From Candidatus Eiseniibacteriota bacterium (GTDB taxonomy: Bacteria; Eisenbacteria; RBG-16-71-46; JABDJR01): a DNA stretch of 64,000 nucleotides. The translations under genes and the position numbers were made by a program. The notes beneath the pieces were generated by a model that was not told the origin of the DNA, made no database searches, and worked only from the letters and a program-made list of their open reading frames with translations. Each line of letters starts with the position of its first letter. Position 1 is the first letter of the stretch. The stretch is taken from positions 96,001 to 160,000 of the forward strand of contig CAWANH010000028.1 of the NCBI GenBank assembly GCA_963783375.1. Reading direction: 5' to 3'. This document shows positions 1 through 10,026 of the stretch, one piece after another.

Positions 1-2486
1 CGGCCGGAGGGCGCCTTCGCGACCGTGACGCCGAGTACCTGATCCGCACCCTCAACCAGTACACCGGGGTGGAGGACATCGGGCAGACGGTGGTGCAGCG
101 GGACCGCGACCGCACGGTGAAGCTGTCCGACGTGGCCCAGGTGACCCGGGCCTACAAGGAACGCGAGATCGTGAGCCGCATCGACGGGAAGCCCGCGGTG
201 GAGGTGGCGGTCTACAAGGAGGGGGACGCCAACATCGTGGATGTGGCCCGGCGGGTGCGGAACCGCGTCCCGGGTCTCCAGAAGATGCTCCCGGCGGGAA
301 CGCGGGTGCAGGTCCTCTCCGACCAGTCCACCTTCATCCGGGCCGCGGTGAACCAGGTCCGGTCCAACGCGCTGGTAGGGGGGTTGCTGGCCATTCTGGT
401 CCTCCTGGCCTTCCTCCGCGACGTGCGGAGCACCGCGATCATCGCCCTGGCCATCCCGGCTTCCATCGTCACGACCTTCGTGCTCATGTACCGCCAGGGG
501 ATCACCCTCAACGTCATGAGCCTGGGCGGGCTGGCGCTGGGGGTGGGCATGCTGGTGGACAACTCCATCGTGGTGTTGGAGAGCATCGTTCGCCATCGCC
601 GCCTGGGCGGGAAGGATCGCGCGACCGCGGTGATCGACGGCACCGAGGAGGTGGGGCAGGCCATCACCGCCTCCACCCTCACCTCGATCGCCGTCTTCCT
701 CCCCATCCTCTTCGTGCAAGGGGTGGCCCGTCAGATCTTCAAGGACCAGGCCCTGACCGTGACCTACGCCCTTCTGGTGAGCCTGGTGGTGGCGTTGACC
801 CTTACCCCCATGCTGGCCGCCCTCGGGCGGGAGGGACGGAGCGGCCGGCCGTGGTGGAAGCGATTCGGCGGGAGCTCCCCCGCGAGCGACGGCGGCGAAT
901 CCACTCCGGCGGGCCACGCGGCTCCGGCCCGGCCGGAGGCCGCCCCGGGTCGCGCCATGATCGCGCTCCGCTCCGGCTATCGCCGGGTGATCGAGGGGGC
1001 CCTGGACCATCGGGGACTGGTGGTGGCCTCGGTGGCCGCGCTCTTCGTGCTCTCGGTCCTGGGCGCCCGGCGGCTGGGCAGCGACCTCATCCCCCCCCTC
1101 TCCCAGGGAGAGCTTCGATTCGACGTCGAGCTCCCCGAGGGGACGCCGATCGAGCACACCGACCAGGTGGTCGGGCGGCTGGAGGACGCCCTGCGGGACG
1201 TTCCCCAGGTGGAAACGGTGTACAGCAACGTAGGGGTGGACGCGGGCGACGACGGCTCGCTCCGGAGCAAGAAGGAGAACCACGCCGAGCTGAACGTCCG
1301 GTTGGAGAGCGGGGCGGGAAGAGCCGGCGAGGCCGTCGCCCTGGAGGCCATCCGGGCCGAGTTCGCCCGGTTCCCCCACCTCACCGGCACCCTGCGCGAC
1401 CAGACCGCTTTCAGCTTCAAGACCCCGGTGGAGGTGGAGATCTACGGCTACAACCTGGCCGATCTCGCCCAGGTCTCGGACCGGGTGGAGGAGGTGCTCC
1501 GGGGCATCCACGGCCTCCGGGACGTCACCACGTCGATGGAGCCCGGAAGCCCCGAGGTGGAGATCCGCTTCGACCGCGACAAGCTCAAGATGGCCGGCCT
1601 CGGGCTCCGGGAGGCCAGCGAGGCCCTCCGCACCAAGGTCCTGGGCAAGGTGGCGACCGATTTCAAGGAGCGAGACCGCCAGATCGACGTGCTGGTACGC
1701 AGCGCCGACGCCCGCGATCTTTCCTTCGACGAGCTCAACACCATGGTGGTGGGCGAGCGCAACGACCTTCCGGTCCGCCTCGCGTCGGTGGCCGCGGTGG
1801 CGGTGGAGCGCGGGCCGGCCCGCATCCAGCGCATCTCCCAGTCCCGGGCGGCCACGGTGAGCGCCAACCTCGAGGGCCGGGACCTGGGCGGGGTGAGCGG
1901 AGAGATCGAGAACGCGCTGGCCGCGATCCCCCTTCCCACCGACGTCACCCTCCAGCTCGCCGGACAGAACGAGGAGATGCAACAGAGCCTGCGGAGCCTG
2001 GTCTTCGCCGCCGCCCTGGCCATCTTCCTGGTCTACCTGGTCATGGCCAGCCAGTTCGAATCGCTCCTGAACCCGTTCCTCATCCTGTTCACCATGCCCA
2101 TGGCGCTGATCGGGGTGGTGGCCGGTCTCACCCTGACCCAAACCGCGGTGAGCGTGGTGGTGATGATCGGGGCGATCATGCTGGCGGGGATCGTGGTGAA
2201 CAACGGCATCGTGCTCATGGATCTCATCAGCCAGCTCCGCCGCCGGGGCCTCGGCGTGCGGGCGGCGATCCTGGAGGCGGGCGAGGTGCGCCTCCGCCCC
2301 ATCCTCATGACCACCACCACCACCGTGCTCGGACTTCTTCCCCTGGCCCTGGGGAAGGGCGACGGGGGCGAGATCATGGCTCCCCTGGCGGTCACGGTGA
2401 TCGGGGGGCTCCTCATGTCCACCCTCCTCACCCTGGTGGTGATCCCCGTCCTCTACAGTCTCGTTCACCGGGAAGCCCGGAGCTAG
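1..2486 (+). CDS. RND efflux permease (AcrB/MdtBC family), 5'-truncated by the window edge
   Basis: Frame is open from nt 3 (AGGRLRDRDAEYLIRTLNQY); motifs GMLVDNSIVVLE, LVMASQFES, RLRPILMTT; many TM helices. Confidence 0.93.
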   Translation, partial: AGGRLRDRDAEYLIRTLNQYTGVEDIGQTVVQRDRDRTVKLSDVAQVTRAYKEREIVSRIDGKPAVEVAVYKEGDANIVDVARRVRNRVPGLQKMLPAGTRVQVLSDQSTFIRAAVNQVRSNALVGGLLAILVLLAFLRDVRSTAIIALAIPASIVTTFVLMYRQGITLNVMSLGGLALGVGMLVDNSIVVLESIVRHRRLGGKDRATAVIDGTEEVGQAITASTLTSIAVFLPILFVQGVARQIFKDQALTVTYALLVSLVVALTLTPMLAALGREGRSGRPWWKRFGGSSPASDGGESTPAGHAAPARPEAAPGRAMIALRSGYRRVIEGALDHRGLVVASVAALFVLSVLGARRLGSDLIPPLSQGELRFDVELPEGTPIEHTDQVVGRLEDALRDVPQVETVYSNVGVDAGDDGSLRSKKENHAELNVRLESGAGRAGEAVALEAIRAEFARFPHLTGTLRDQTAFSFKTPVEVEIYGYNLADLAQVSDRVEEVLRGIHGLRDVTTSMEPGSPEVEIRFDRDKLKMAGLGLREASEALRTKVLGKVATDFKERDRQIDVLVRSADARDLSFDELNTMVVGERNDLPVRLASVAAVAVERGPARIQRISQSRAATVSANLEGRDLGGVSGEIENALAAIPLPTDVTLQLAGQNEEMQQSLRSLVFAAALAIFLVYLVMASQFESLLNPFLILFTMPMALIGVVAGLTLTQTAVSVVVMIGAIMLAGIVVNNGIVLMDLISQLRRRGLGVRAAILEAGEVRLRPILMTTTTTVLGLLPLALGKGDGGEIMAPLAVTVIGGLLMSTLLTLVVIPVLYSLVHREARS

Positions 2487-2489
2487 CTC

Positions 2490-5400
2490 ATGTGGCTCAC
2501 CCGCCTGGCCGTCCGCCGCCCGGTCACCGTGGTCATGGTGCTGGTGTCGGTGCTCGTCCTGGGGGCGATCAGCCTCCGACGGGTCCCCCTGAACTTCCTT
2601 CCCAACGCGGAGCTCCCGTTCATCGGGGTGCTGATCCCCTACCCCAACGGCGTTCCCGGCCAGGTGGAAAAGGAGATCGCCCGCCCGGTGGAGGAGGTCC
2701 TGGCCACCATGGGCGGGGTCAAGGAAGTCTTCAGCCAGAGCGACGGCGAGCAGTGCTTCGTGGGGGTGGAGTTCAGCTGGGGACGCGACGTGAATCTCCT
2801 CCGGCTGGAGGTGAAGGAGAAGCTGGATCAGATCCGGCCGGACCTTCCCGCCGACGTCCGCGACATCATGCTCTTCACCTTCAACACCAACGACATCCCC
2901 ATCGTGGAAGGACGGATCAGCGCCAAGGACCACGACCTCTCCGGGAGCTACGACCTGATCGAGCACCGGATCGTGAACCGCCTCCAGCGGGTACCGGGGG
3001 TGGGACGGGTGGGGCTGGACGGGGTGGAGCCGGCCGACGTCTCGGTGTATCTGAAGCTCGACCGGATCAAGAAGCACCGGATCGACGTGGGGAGGCTCTT
3101 CGATCAGCTCTCGGTCAGCAACTTCAACCTGAGCGTCGGACACGTGACCAAGGACGGTCTCCGGTACAACCTGCGTTCGGTCGGTTCGCTGGAGAGCCTG
3201 GAGGATCTGCGGAACCTCCCGGTGGACGACCGGGGGCTCAGGCTCCGGGACATCGCGGACGTGGTCTACGCCGAGCCCGCCCTCACCTACGGCCGCTTCC
3301 TCAACCGGGAGCCCGCGGTGGCCTTCTACATCCAGAAGGCGAGCGGGGCCAACACGGTGGAGGTGGTGAAGCGCATCAAGCAGGAGCTGGGCCGGATCAA
3401 CCAGGATCCGGCCCTGGAGGGGATCGACGTCCTTCTCTTCTTCGACCAGGGAGAGCAGATCACCAACAGCCTGAACGGGCTCCTCCTCTCCGGTCTCATC
3501 GGCGGGGTGCTTGCCGTCCTGGTGCTCTACTTCTTCCTGCTCCGGATCGGCACCACCCTCATCGTGTCCCTGGCCATCCCCATCTCCATCATCGGGACCG
3601 CCTGCTTCCTCTACCTCACCGGGCGGAGCCTGAACGTGCTCTCCATGATGGGGCTCATGCTCGGAGTGGGCATGCTCATCGACAACGCGGTGGTGGTGCT
3701 GGAATCCATCTACCGGCGGATGGGCATGGGCGAGGACCCGGTCTCGGCCACGCTGAACGGCACCCGCGACGTGGGGAAGCCGGTGGTCTCGGCCACCCTG
3801 ACCTCGATCATCGTGTTCGCCCCGGTGATCTTCGGGGCCAAGAACGAGCTCACCACCTGGCTGGCCGAGGTCGGGGTGACCATCACCGTCACCCTGCTCC
3901 TCTCCCTGCTGGTGAGCCTCACCCTGATCCCCCTCCTCACCACGCATATCCTGAAGGGGGGAGCCCGGTCGGTGGCCCGGAACCCCCTGGTCGACCGCTG
4001 GACCGCGGGCTACGAGAAGGTCCTCCGCTGGAGCGCGGTGCGCCACCCCTGGATCACCGGCGTCCCCATCGCCCTGGGGGTGCTGCTCCTCACCGCGGGG
4101 CTGGTCGCGGCCACCAAGTTCAAGCCCGATCCCATGGGTGAACGGGGGCTTCGACAGGAATACCTCCAGGTGACCTACGACTTCAGCGACAACCTGAACT
4201 ACCACCGCACCAAGGAGTACGTGGAAACCGTCCAGGACTCCCTGTGGAAGGTGAAGGACGACCTCGGCGTCAAGTACGTGTACTGCTTCTACCAGGACAA
4301 CGCGGCGATCACCCGGCTCTACTTCGAGGACACGGCGCTCTCCGAGAAGCGGCTGAAGGATCTCCGGAAGCGGGTGCGGGCCGCGCTTCCCACCCTGGCC
4401 GGGGTCACCTACCGGCTGGGGGACGACGAGGGCAAGGGCTCGGGAGCCAAGCAATTCAGCGTCACGGTCTACGGCGAGGACTCCGAGGAGCTGAACGTCA
4501 TGGCCTCGGAGGTGAAGCGCCGCCTGGCCATGGTCACCGACGTCCACGACGTCTCCACCGACGTCGAGCGCGGGGCGGAGGAGGTCCAGGTCCAGATCGA
4601 CCCGGTCCGGGCCCGCCGCCTGGGACTGTCCCCCGGAGACGTGGCCCAGGTGATGGCGGTCACTTTCCGCGGCGTCCAGCTCCCGCGGGTCCGCGCCGAG
4701 AACCGCGAGATCGATCTCTGGGTCTCGCTGGATCCCGCCGATCGCACCAGTATCGAGAATCTGAAGGGGCTCATGGTGGGCGAGGTCGGGGGCAGGGAGA
4801 TCACCCTCGACCAGGTGGCGTCGACGGCCATGGGGCGGGCCGCGGACCGCATCACCCGGCACAATCGGAAGACCTCGGTGGAGATCCGCGGAAGCTACGA
4901 CGGGGACGAGTTCGACGCGGTCCTGAAAGAGGTTCGCGCTACCATGGAAACCGTCCACTTCCCTCCCGGCTACGGCTGGAACTTCGGGAGCCGGATCGTG
5001 GAGGCCCGGGAACAACAGGGGCAGATGGGGATCAACGTGCTCCTGGCGCTCCTCTGCGTCTACATGGTGATGGCCAGCCTCTTCGAGTCCCTGGTCCACC
5101 CGGCCACGGTGATGTTCTGCATTCCGTTCGCCAGCCTGGGGGTGATCTGGTTCATGATCGCCACCAACACCCCGTTCAACCTCATGGCCATGATCGGCAT
5201 GGTGATCCTGGTGGGGGTGGTGGTGAACAACGGCATCGTGCTGGTGGCGCACATCAACCAGCTCCGGCGCGAGGGGTGCTCGCTGGACGAGGCCCTGGTG
5301 CGGGGCGGCCGGGAGCGGTTCCGGCCGATCATGATGACCGCCACCACCACCGTCCTCGGCCTCATTCCCCTGGCCCTGGGGGGAAGCCACGTGGGGGACC

Positions 5401-5615
5401 TCGATCTCTATCCCATGGCCCGGGCGCTGATCGGCGGTCTCACCAGCTCGACCCTTCTCACCCTGATCATGCTCCCGGTGTACTATCAGCTCACCGAGCG
5501 GATGCGGGCGCGCCTGGTCCGGCTCTTCCCAGGCCTCGCCCATCTCGCCTCGCGGGTCCGCGCGCGGGTGCGACGCCGCCCGGCCGGAGCGGTCCTGCCC
5601 GATGCGACGCAGTAG
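2490..5615 (+). CDS. Second RND efflux permease (probable heteromeric partner)
   Basis: 1041 aa; RRPVTV N-terminus, GMLIDNAVVVLE, MASLFES, RFRPIMMT; starts 3 nt after the previous stop. Confidence 0.95.
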   Translation: MWLTRLAVRRPVTVVMVLVSVLVLGAISLRRVPLNFLPNAELPFIGVLIPYPNGVPGQVEKEIARPVEEVLATMGGVKEVFSQSDGEQCFVGVEFSWGRDVNLLRLEVKEKLDQIRPDLPADVRDIMLFTFNTNDIPIVEGRISAKDHDLSGSYDLIEHRIVNRLQRVPGVGRVGLDGVEPADVSVYLKLDRIKKHRIDVGRLFDQLSVSNFNLSVGHVTKDGLRYNLRSVGSLESLEDLRNLPVDDRGLRLRDIADVVYAEPALTYGRFLNREPAVAFYIQKASGANTVEVVKRIKQELGRINQDPALEGIDVLLFFDQGEQITNSLNGLLLSGLIGGVLAVLVLYFFLLRIGTTLIVSLAIPISIIGTACFLYLTGRSLNVLSMMGLMLGVGMLIDNAVVVLESIYRRMGMGEDPVSATLNGTRDVGKPVVSATLTSIIVFAPVIFGAKNELTTWLAEVGVTITVTLLLSLLVSLTLIPLLTTHILKGGARSVARNPLVDRWTAGYEKVLRWSAVRHPWITGVPIALGVLLLTAGLVAATKFKPDPMGERGLRQEYLQVTYDFSDNLNYHRTKEYVETVQDSLWKVKDDLGVKYVYCFYQDNAAITRLYFEDTALSEKRLKDLRKRVRAALPTLAGVTYRLGDDEGKGSGAKQFSVTVYGEDSEELNVMASEVKRRLAMVTDVHDVSTDVERGAEEVQVQIDPVRARRLGLSPGDVAQVMAVTFRGVQLPRVRAENREIDLWVSLDPADRTSIENLKGLMVGEVGGREITLDQVASTAMGRAADRITRHNRKTSVEIRGSYDGDEFDAVLKEVRATMETVHFPPGYGWNFGSRIVEAREQQGQMGINVLLALLCVYMVMASLFESLVHPATVMFCIPFASLGVIWFMIATNTPFNLMAMIGMVILVGVVVNNGIVLVAHINQLRREGCSLDEALVRGGRERFRPIMMTATTTVLGLIPLALGGSHVGDLDLYPMARALIGGLTSSTLLTLIMLPVYYQLTERMRARLVRLFPGLAHLASRVRARVRRRPAGAVLPDATQ

Positions 5616-5671
5616 CACGTCGCGCCACCGGAACCTTGAAGCCATTCGACCCGACCCGGGGGAGTAGGAAC

Positions 5672-6901
5672 ATGAAACACCTCAACGCTCTCGCCCTTCC
5701 CGTCCTTCTCGGCGCGCTCGGCGTCTTCGGCGGCCTCGCGCTTGCCGCCCCCGCCGCCCATGCCGGCGGCGGCGCGCTCTACGGCACCGTGACCACCCAG
5801 GCCGGGGACACCCACACCGGGGAAATCCGCTGGGACAAGAACGAGAACTACTGGGATGACTACCTGGACGCACGGAAGAACGACGAGGTGGAAGTGGCGG
5901 AGGAAGGGGGGCTCGATCTCCGGATTTTCGGGCTCCAGGTGGTGAAGACCAGTCATCACGGCCGGGACCACGTCCGTAGCCAGTTCAGCATCCCCATGGG
6001 TCACATCCTTTCCATCGAGGCCGGCCATGGGGATCTGACCCGGATCACCCTCAAGAACGGGGAAACGGTGGAGGTTCGGAACACCGGGGACCTGGGCGGG
6101 AACATGCGGGGGATCACGGTGACCGGCGTCTCGGGGGAGACGACCGAGCTGGCCTGGAAGGACCTCGACCGGGTGGAGTTCGCTCCCAACCCCGGTCCCG
6201 CCGCCGACCAGGCGCGCCTGTGGGGAACGGTGGAAACCGCGGCGGGCACGTTCACCGGCGCCGTGGTCTGGGACCGGGACGAGGCCGAGGTCTCGGACAT
6301 CCTGGACGGCGACCAGGACGGGATGCGGCGGAAGGTTCCGTTCGGGGAGATCGCGAGCGTCGAGCCCATGGGAAAGAGCCGGGCCAAGGTGACGCTCCAT
6401 TCGGGGAAGGTGATGGTTCTTTCCGGGACCAACGACGTGAACTCGGAGAATCGCGGGATCGAGGTGACCCTGGAGGGGCTGGGCAAGGTGGAGGTCGGAT
6501 GGTCGGAGCTTCACCGGGTGAGCTTCACGCCGGCTCCCCCCTCCCGGGGGTACGAGGCCTTCGACGGGGGCGGCCCCATCCGCGGGACGGTGATCACCCG
6601 CGGCGGAGAGGAGCTTCAGGGCGAGGTGATCTGGGACCGCGACGAAGCGCGGACCTGGGAGTCGCTGGACGGGGAGATGCGCGGGGTGAAATTCCAGATC
6701 CTCTTCGGGAACATCGCGCGCATCGATCGCCAGTCCGAGGCCTCGGCCAAGGTGACCATGCGGGACGGGTTGAGCTTCGAGCTCTCGGGCTCCAACGACG
6801 TCAACGACAAGAACAAGGGGATCGAAGTGGTCGCCCCCGACGGGACGAGCACCGAAGTGCCCTGGGAGGACCTGGTCTCGGTGGACTTCACCGCGAGCTG
6901 A
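5672..6901 (+). CDS. Secreted protein with three tandem ~120-aa beta-rich repeats, function unknown
   Basis: ATG 5672 after GGAGTAGGA; signal peptide MKHLNALALPVLL...AHA; the motif GTVxT..G..G...WDxxE...LD occurs three times. Confidence 0.8.
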   Translation: MKHLNALALPVLLGALGVFGGLALAAPAAHAGGGALYGTVTTQAGDTHTGEIRWDKNENYWDDYLDARKNDEVEVAEEGGLDLRIFGLQVVKTSHHGRDHVRSQFSIPMGHILSIEAGHGDLTRITLKNGETVEVRNTGDLGGNMRGITVTGVSGETTELAWKDLDRVEFAPNPGPAADQARLWGTVETAAGTFTGAVVWDRDEAEVSDILDGDQDGMRRKVPFGEIASVEPMGKSRAKVTLHSGKVMVLSGTNDVNSENRGIEVTLEGLGKVEVGWSELHRVSFTPAPPSRGYEAFDGGGPIRGTVITRGGEELQGEVIWDRDEARTWESLDGEMRGVKFQILFGNIARIDRQSEASAKVTMRDGLSFELSGSNDVNDKNKGIEVVAPDGTSTEVPWEDLVSVDFTAS

Positions 6902-6956
6902 GGGCTTCGGTAGTCATGCTCCGACTCGGCCGGGGGGATCCTCGCCGCGACGGGTT

Positions 6957-7640
6957 TCAAACCGGTCGATGCGGCGGCGAGTCCCGCCCGTCCTCGCCGT
7001 TCACCACCAGCCGCCAGCGATCGAAGGGCAGAGCCTCGAGCCGTCCGGCGAGACCCGCGCGCACCACCAGCCCCCGGATCTCCTCCGGGGTGTAGGCGCG
7101 CTCCACGCTCACCGGACCGTCGTAGCGGGCCAGCCGGCTTCGGGTGAAGAGCCGGGTCACGAGGAAAACCATCCACCAGAGCCGTCGTCGCCGCGCCAGG
7201 TCCACCACCACCACCGTCCGGCCGACCCGGGCCATCTCGGTCAGGACCCCGAGGATCTCCTCTTCGCGGAGATGGTGGAGAAAGAGGTGGCAGCAGACGG
7301 TGTCGAAGGCGCGGTCGGGGAAGGGGAGCGCCGAGGCCTCGGCGCGGACGCGCACCACCGCCGGGGACAAGCGGCCGGCCGCTTCGAGCGCGCGGGCGCT
7401 TCGGTCCACCCCCACCGCCCAGCGGGCCCGGCCCCGTTCGAGCAGATAGGCCGGGATGTCCGCGCCGCCGGCGGCCACGTCGAGCACCCGCCCGGGACGG
7501 ACCGCCGCGGCCAGGAACCGGCGGCTGAGGCTCCAGCGGTTGATACGGGCCAGGAACCGGAACGCGCGCTCCACCTCCGGCCCCGGTTGCCCGGGGTCGT
7601 CCATGATTTCCGGGCGGTCCCGGCGCCGGCTCCAGTCCAC
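6957..7640 (-). CDS. Class I SAM-dependent methyltransferase (type often linked to type III PKS clusters)
   Basis: EIMDDP...LARINR, VLDVAAGGAD, HLFLHH, DGPVSVERAYT; GTG start 2 nt after the upstream stop. Confidence 0.85.
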   Translation of the reverse strand: MDWSRRRDRPEIMDDPGQPGPEVERAFRFLARINRWSLSRRFLAAAVRPGRVLDVAAGGADIPAYLLERGRARWAVGVDRSARALEAAGRLSPAVVRVRAEASALPFPDRAFDTVCCHLFLHHLREEEILGVLTEMARVGRTVVVVDLARRRRLWWMVFLVTRLFTRSRLARYDGPVSVERAYTPEEIRGLVVRAGLAGRLEALPFDRWRLVVNGEDGRDSPPHRPV

Positions 7641-7642
7641 GG

Positions 7643-8725
7643 TCAGGGCACCGCGCGGAGGAGAAACCCGACCGGGGAGCGGCCGGGATCGAGGCCGGTC
7701 GCCGCCCGCACCAGCGGGACCAGGGCCTGCGGCCGCCGTAGAAGCCGCCGGGCCAGGGCGGGGTGGGCCGAAGCCCCAGCCAGCCACCGCGTCACCCGCT
7801 CCAGGGGCCGGCGAAACGCGCGGGCGCGCGCTTCGAATTCGGCTTCGTGTCCCCGACCTCCCAGCACCCGCTCCACGGTCTCCGCGGCCATCTCCGCGGT
7901 GGCCAGGGCGACGGAGATCCCCTGGCCGCTCACCGGATCGATCCGCCCCGCCGCGTCTCCGATGAGGACCCAACCCGGTCCGGACCAGGCGCGCGCACGG
8001 GTGGCAAGAGGCGCGGCGGCGAGGACCGGCCCGGCCGCGACCACGGCCACCGTCCGATGCGGAAGGACCTCGCGCAAGAACGGGATCACCGCGTCGGGGC
8101 GTGGGGCGGCGCGCCGGTCGAGGAGGAGCGCGACCAAGGTGAGCCCCCGATCCACCGGAGTCAGGTAGACCTCGCCCCCGGGAATGAGAGCCACCTCCAC
8201 CGTCCCGGGTTCCGCGTCGAAGCCGGTGAGATGCGTGGAGAGGCCCACCCGGCCCGGCGGGGCGTCCACCCGGATCCCGAAAGAGCGATGAAAGACCGAG
8301 GTCGGTCCGTCCGCCCCGATCAGGAACCGTCCCTCGAAGGTCCCCCGGTCGGTGTGGACGCGGCCCGGCTCCACCCGGTGGACGCCGGCGCGGACCACCC
8401 GCGCGCCGGAGCCTTCCGCGTGGCGAATCAGGGCGTGGTCCAGGTGGAGGCGCCGGACCGCGAGACCGCTTCCTTCCGGAAACGGCAGGAATGCGGTTTC
8501 ACCGTCCACGCGAAAGCGGAGACCGCGCACCGAACGGGCTTCGGGAAGGGCCACGCCGATCCGGTCGAGCACGGCCTTTCCGTGGGGGAGGATGCCTTCC
8601 CCGCAGGCCTTTTCCCGGGGAAAGCGGTCCCGGTCCAGGACAAGCACCGAGAAGCCGCGGCGGGCCAGGAACGAGGCGGCGGCGGAACCCGCCGGACCTC
8701 CACCGACACAGATGACGTCGAACAT
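7643..8725 (-). CDS. FAD-dependent oxidoreductase (geranylgeranyl reductase/monooxygenase-like)
   Basis: MFDVICVGGGPAG, FPREKACGEG, IGADG, LIGDAAGRIDPVSGQGI. Confidence 0.9.
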   Translation of the reverse strand: MFDVICVGGGPAGSAAASFLARRGFSVLVLDRDRFPREKACGEGILPHGKAVLDRIGVALPEARSVRGLRFRVDGETAFLPFPEGSGLAVRRLHLDHALIRHAEGSGARVVRAGVHRVEPGRVHTDRGTFEGRFLIGADGPTSVFHRSFGIRVDAPPGRVGLSTHLTGFDAEPGTVEVALIPGGEVYLTPVDRGLTLVALLLDRRAAPRPDAVIPFLREVLPHRTVAVVAAGPVLAAAPLATRARAWSGPGWVLIGDAAGRIDPVSGQGISVALATAEMAAETVERVLGGRGHEAEFEARARAFRRPLERVTRWLAGASAHPALARRLLRRPQALVPLVRAATGLDPGRSPVGFLLRAVP

Positions 8726-8871
8726 GGGCACATCATACCCCGGAGGGTGCGAGCCGGGCGGCGGCGGGCGCGGGGAGGGTGGCGCGGCTCCGGCGTGGCC
8801 GCGGATCCGGGGGGCTGGTACTCTCGATCCATCACTTCGCCGGCCAACCACCTCGAATGGAGACCGATCCC

Positions 8872-9581
8872 ATGCCTACCTTACCCGACTCCGGCCGGCG
8901 CGACGGGCGATCTTCCCCCTGGCGGTTCTGGCGGCGGCAGCGTTGCCGATCCGGGCGGCGGTCTCGCCCGCGGGGGCCGGGCCGCCGGCAGTTCCGGCCG
9001 CGGTCCCGGCCGGGGTGGACACTTCCGGCCTGGCCGGCGGGCGTTACGGCGTGATGGAGACCCTCCTCGAGAAGACGATCTTCAAGGTGGACGTCCTCAC
9101 CCTGACGCTCCGGGTGGATCCGGCGACCGCATCGCGTCTGGGGGAACTCGTCACCGGAGCCGGTCCCCGGTCGGCCCGGGAGGATTCCGCGGTGGCCGCG
9201 ATCCTGCGCGCGCCGGACGTCCTGGCCGAGATCCGGTTCAAGCGCACGGTGAGCCTCGGCCAGTTCCTGGGCGGCGTGCGCGACGATATGAAGAAGGCCC
9301 TGGCCGCCGGCATCATCAGCCGGGGCCGATTCGAGGCGGTGAGCGACTCCCTCCCGGTTTGGTTTTCCTTTCTCGGCGACCGGAAGGCCCGGGAAGGCGA
9401 CACGGTCTTCTACCGGATGGACCCGGACTCCATGCGCACGGTGTATGTCGGGCGGGACGGTGAGGTGCTGCTCGATCTTCTCCAGCCCGATCCGCGGGCT
9501 CGCCTGGGGGTCCTGGGGAGCTATCTCGCCCCGGGTTCGGATTTCCGGGACGGGCTTCTGCGGAGCCTGTTCGGCGGCTGA
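8872..9581 (+). CDS. Probable exported protein, possibly chalcone-isomerase-like fold; start uncertain, possible frameshift
   Basis: Coding-like frame ending GSYLAPGSDFRDGLLRSLFGG; signal-like RRAIFPLAVLAAAALP segment lacks a nearby in-frame start; the SD-preceded ATG 8872 is out of frame; alternative GTG/ATG at 9051/9054. Confidence 0.55.
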
Positions 9582-9897
9582 GGCCGTCGCCGACGCGGCA
9601 CTCGAATGGCAGTAAATTGCATGTCGGCCCCTCCCTGCCACCGCGATACGAACCCACAAAACAAGTAATTTTGTTTGTATATTGAGGTACCCGGGTACAC
9701 CAAACGTGCAGTATTTCGCCACGCGGAGGTCTTCCTGGGGCCGTCGCGGGGTTCGGTCCTGTCCCCCCGTTCTGGACTCCGGCAGCCCGGCCCGGAAGGA
9801 GCGGACACCTGCCCCGATCCGACGAAGTGGTCTCTCAGCACGAAATGGCTGTGAACGGCGGGCGAGGTGCACCGCGTGCGGCCGCCGGGGCCGGCCA

Positions 9898-10026
9898 TGC
9901 CCCTGAGCGAGGCGCGAATCTGAAGGCGCGATGGGTGCGAAGCGGGTCCCATCGCGTATGAAGAGCAAGCGAGGAAACGTCCGGTGGACGTTTCGAGCGA
10001 GCGCTGAGCGCCGAGACGAAGGGGCA
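9898..10026. repeat. Nested palindromic REP/MITE-like element
   Basis: Terminal TGCCCCT/AGGGGCA arms enclose two perfect 9-bp hairpins (9927-9956 and 9974-9994). Confidence 0.45.

Noticed and set aside
9607-9621. TGGCAGTAAATTGCA sigma54-like box
   Set aside because: GG-to-GC spacing is 9 rather than the required 10; worth rechecking only if reads show a missing base
9901-10022. CTGAGCGA...CGAAG resembling a hammerhead ribozyme core
   Set aside because: Does not fit CUGANGA/GAAA spacing and no cleavage-site stems were found
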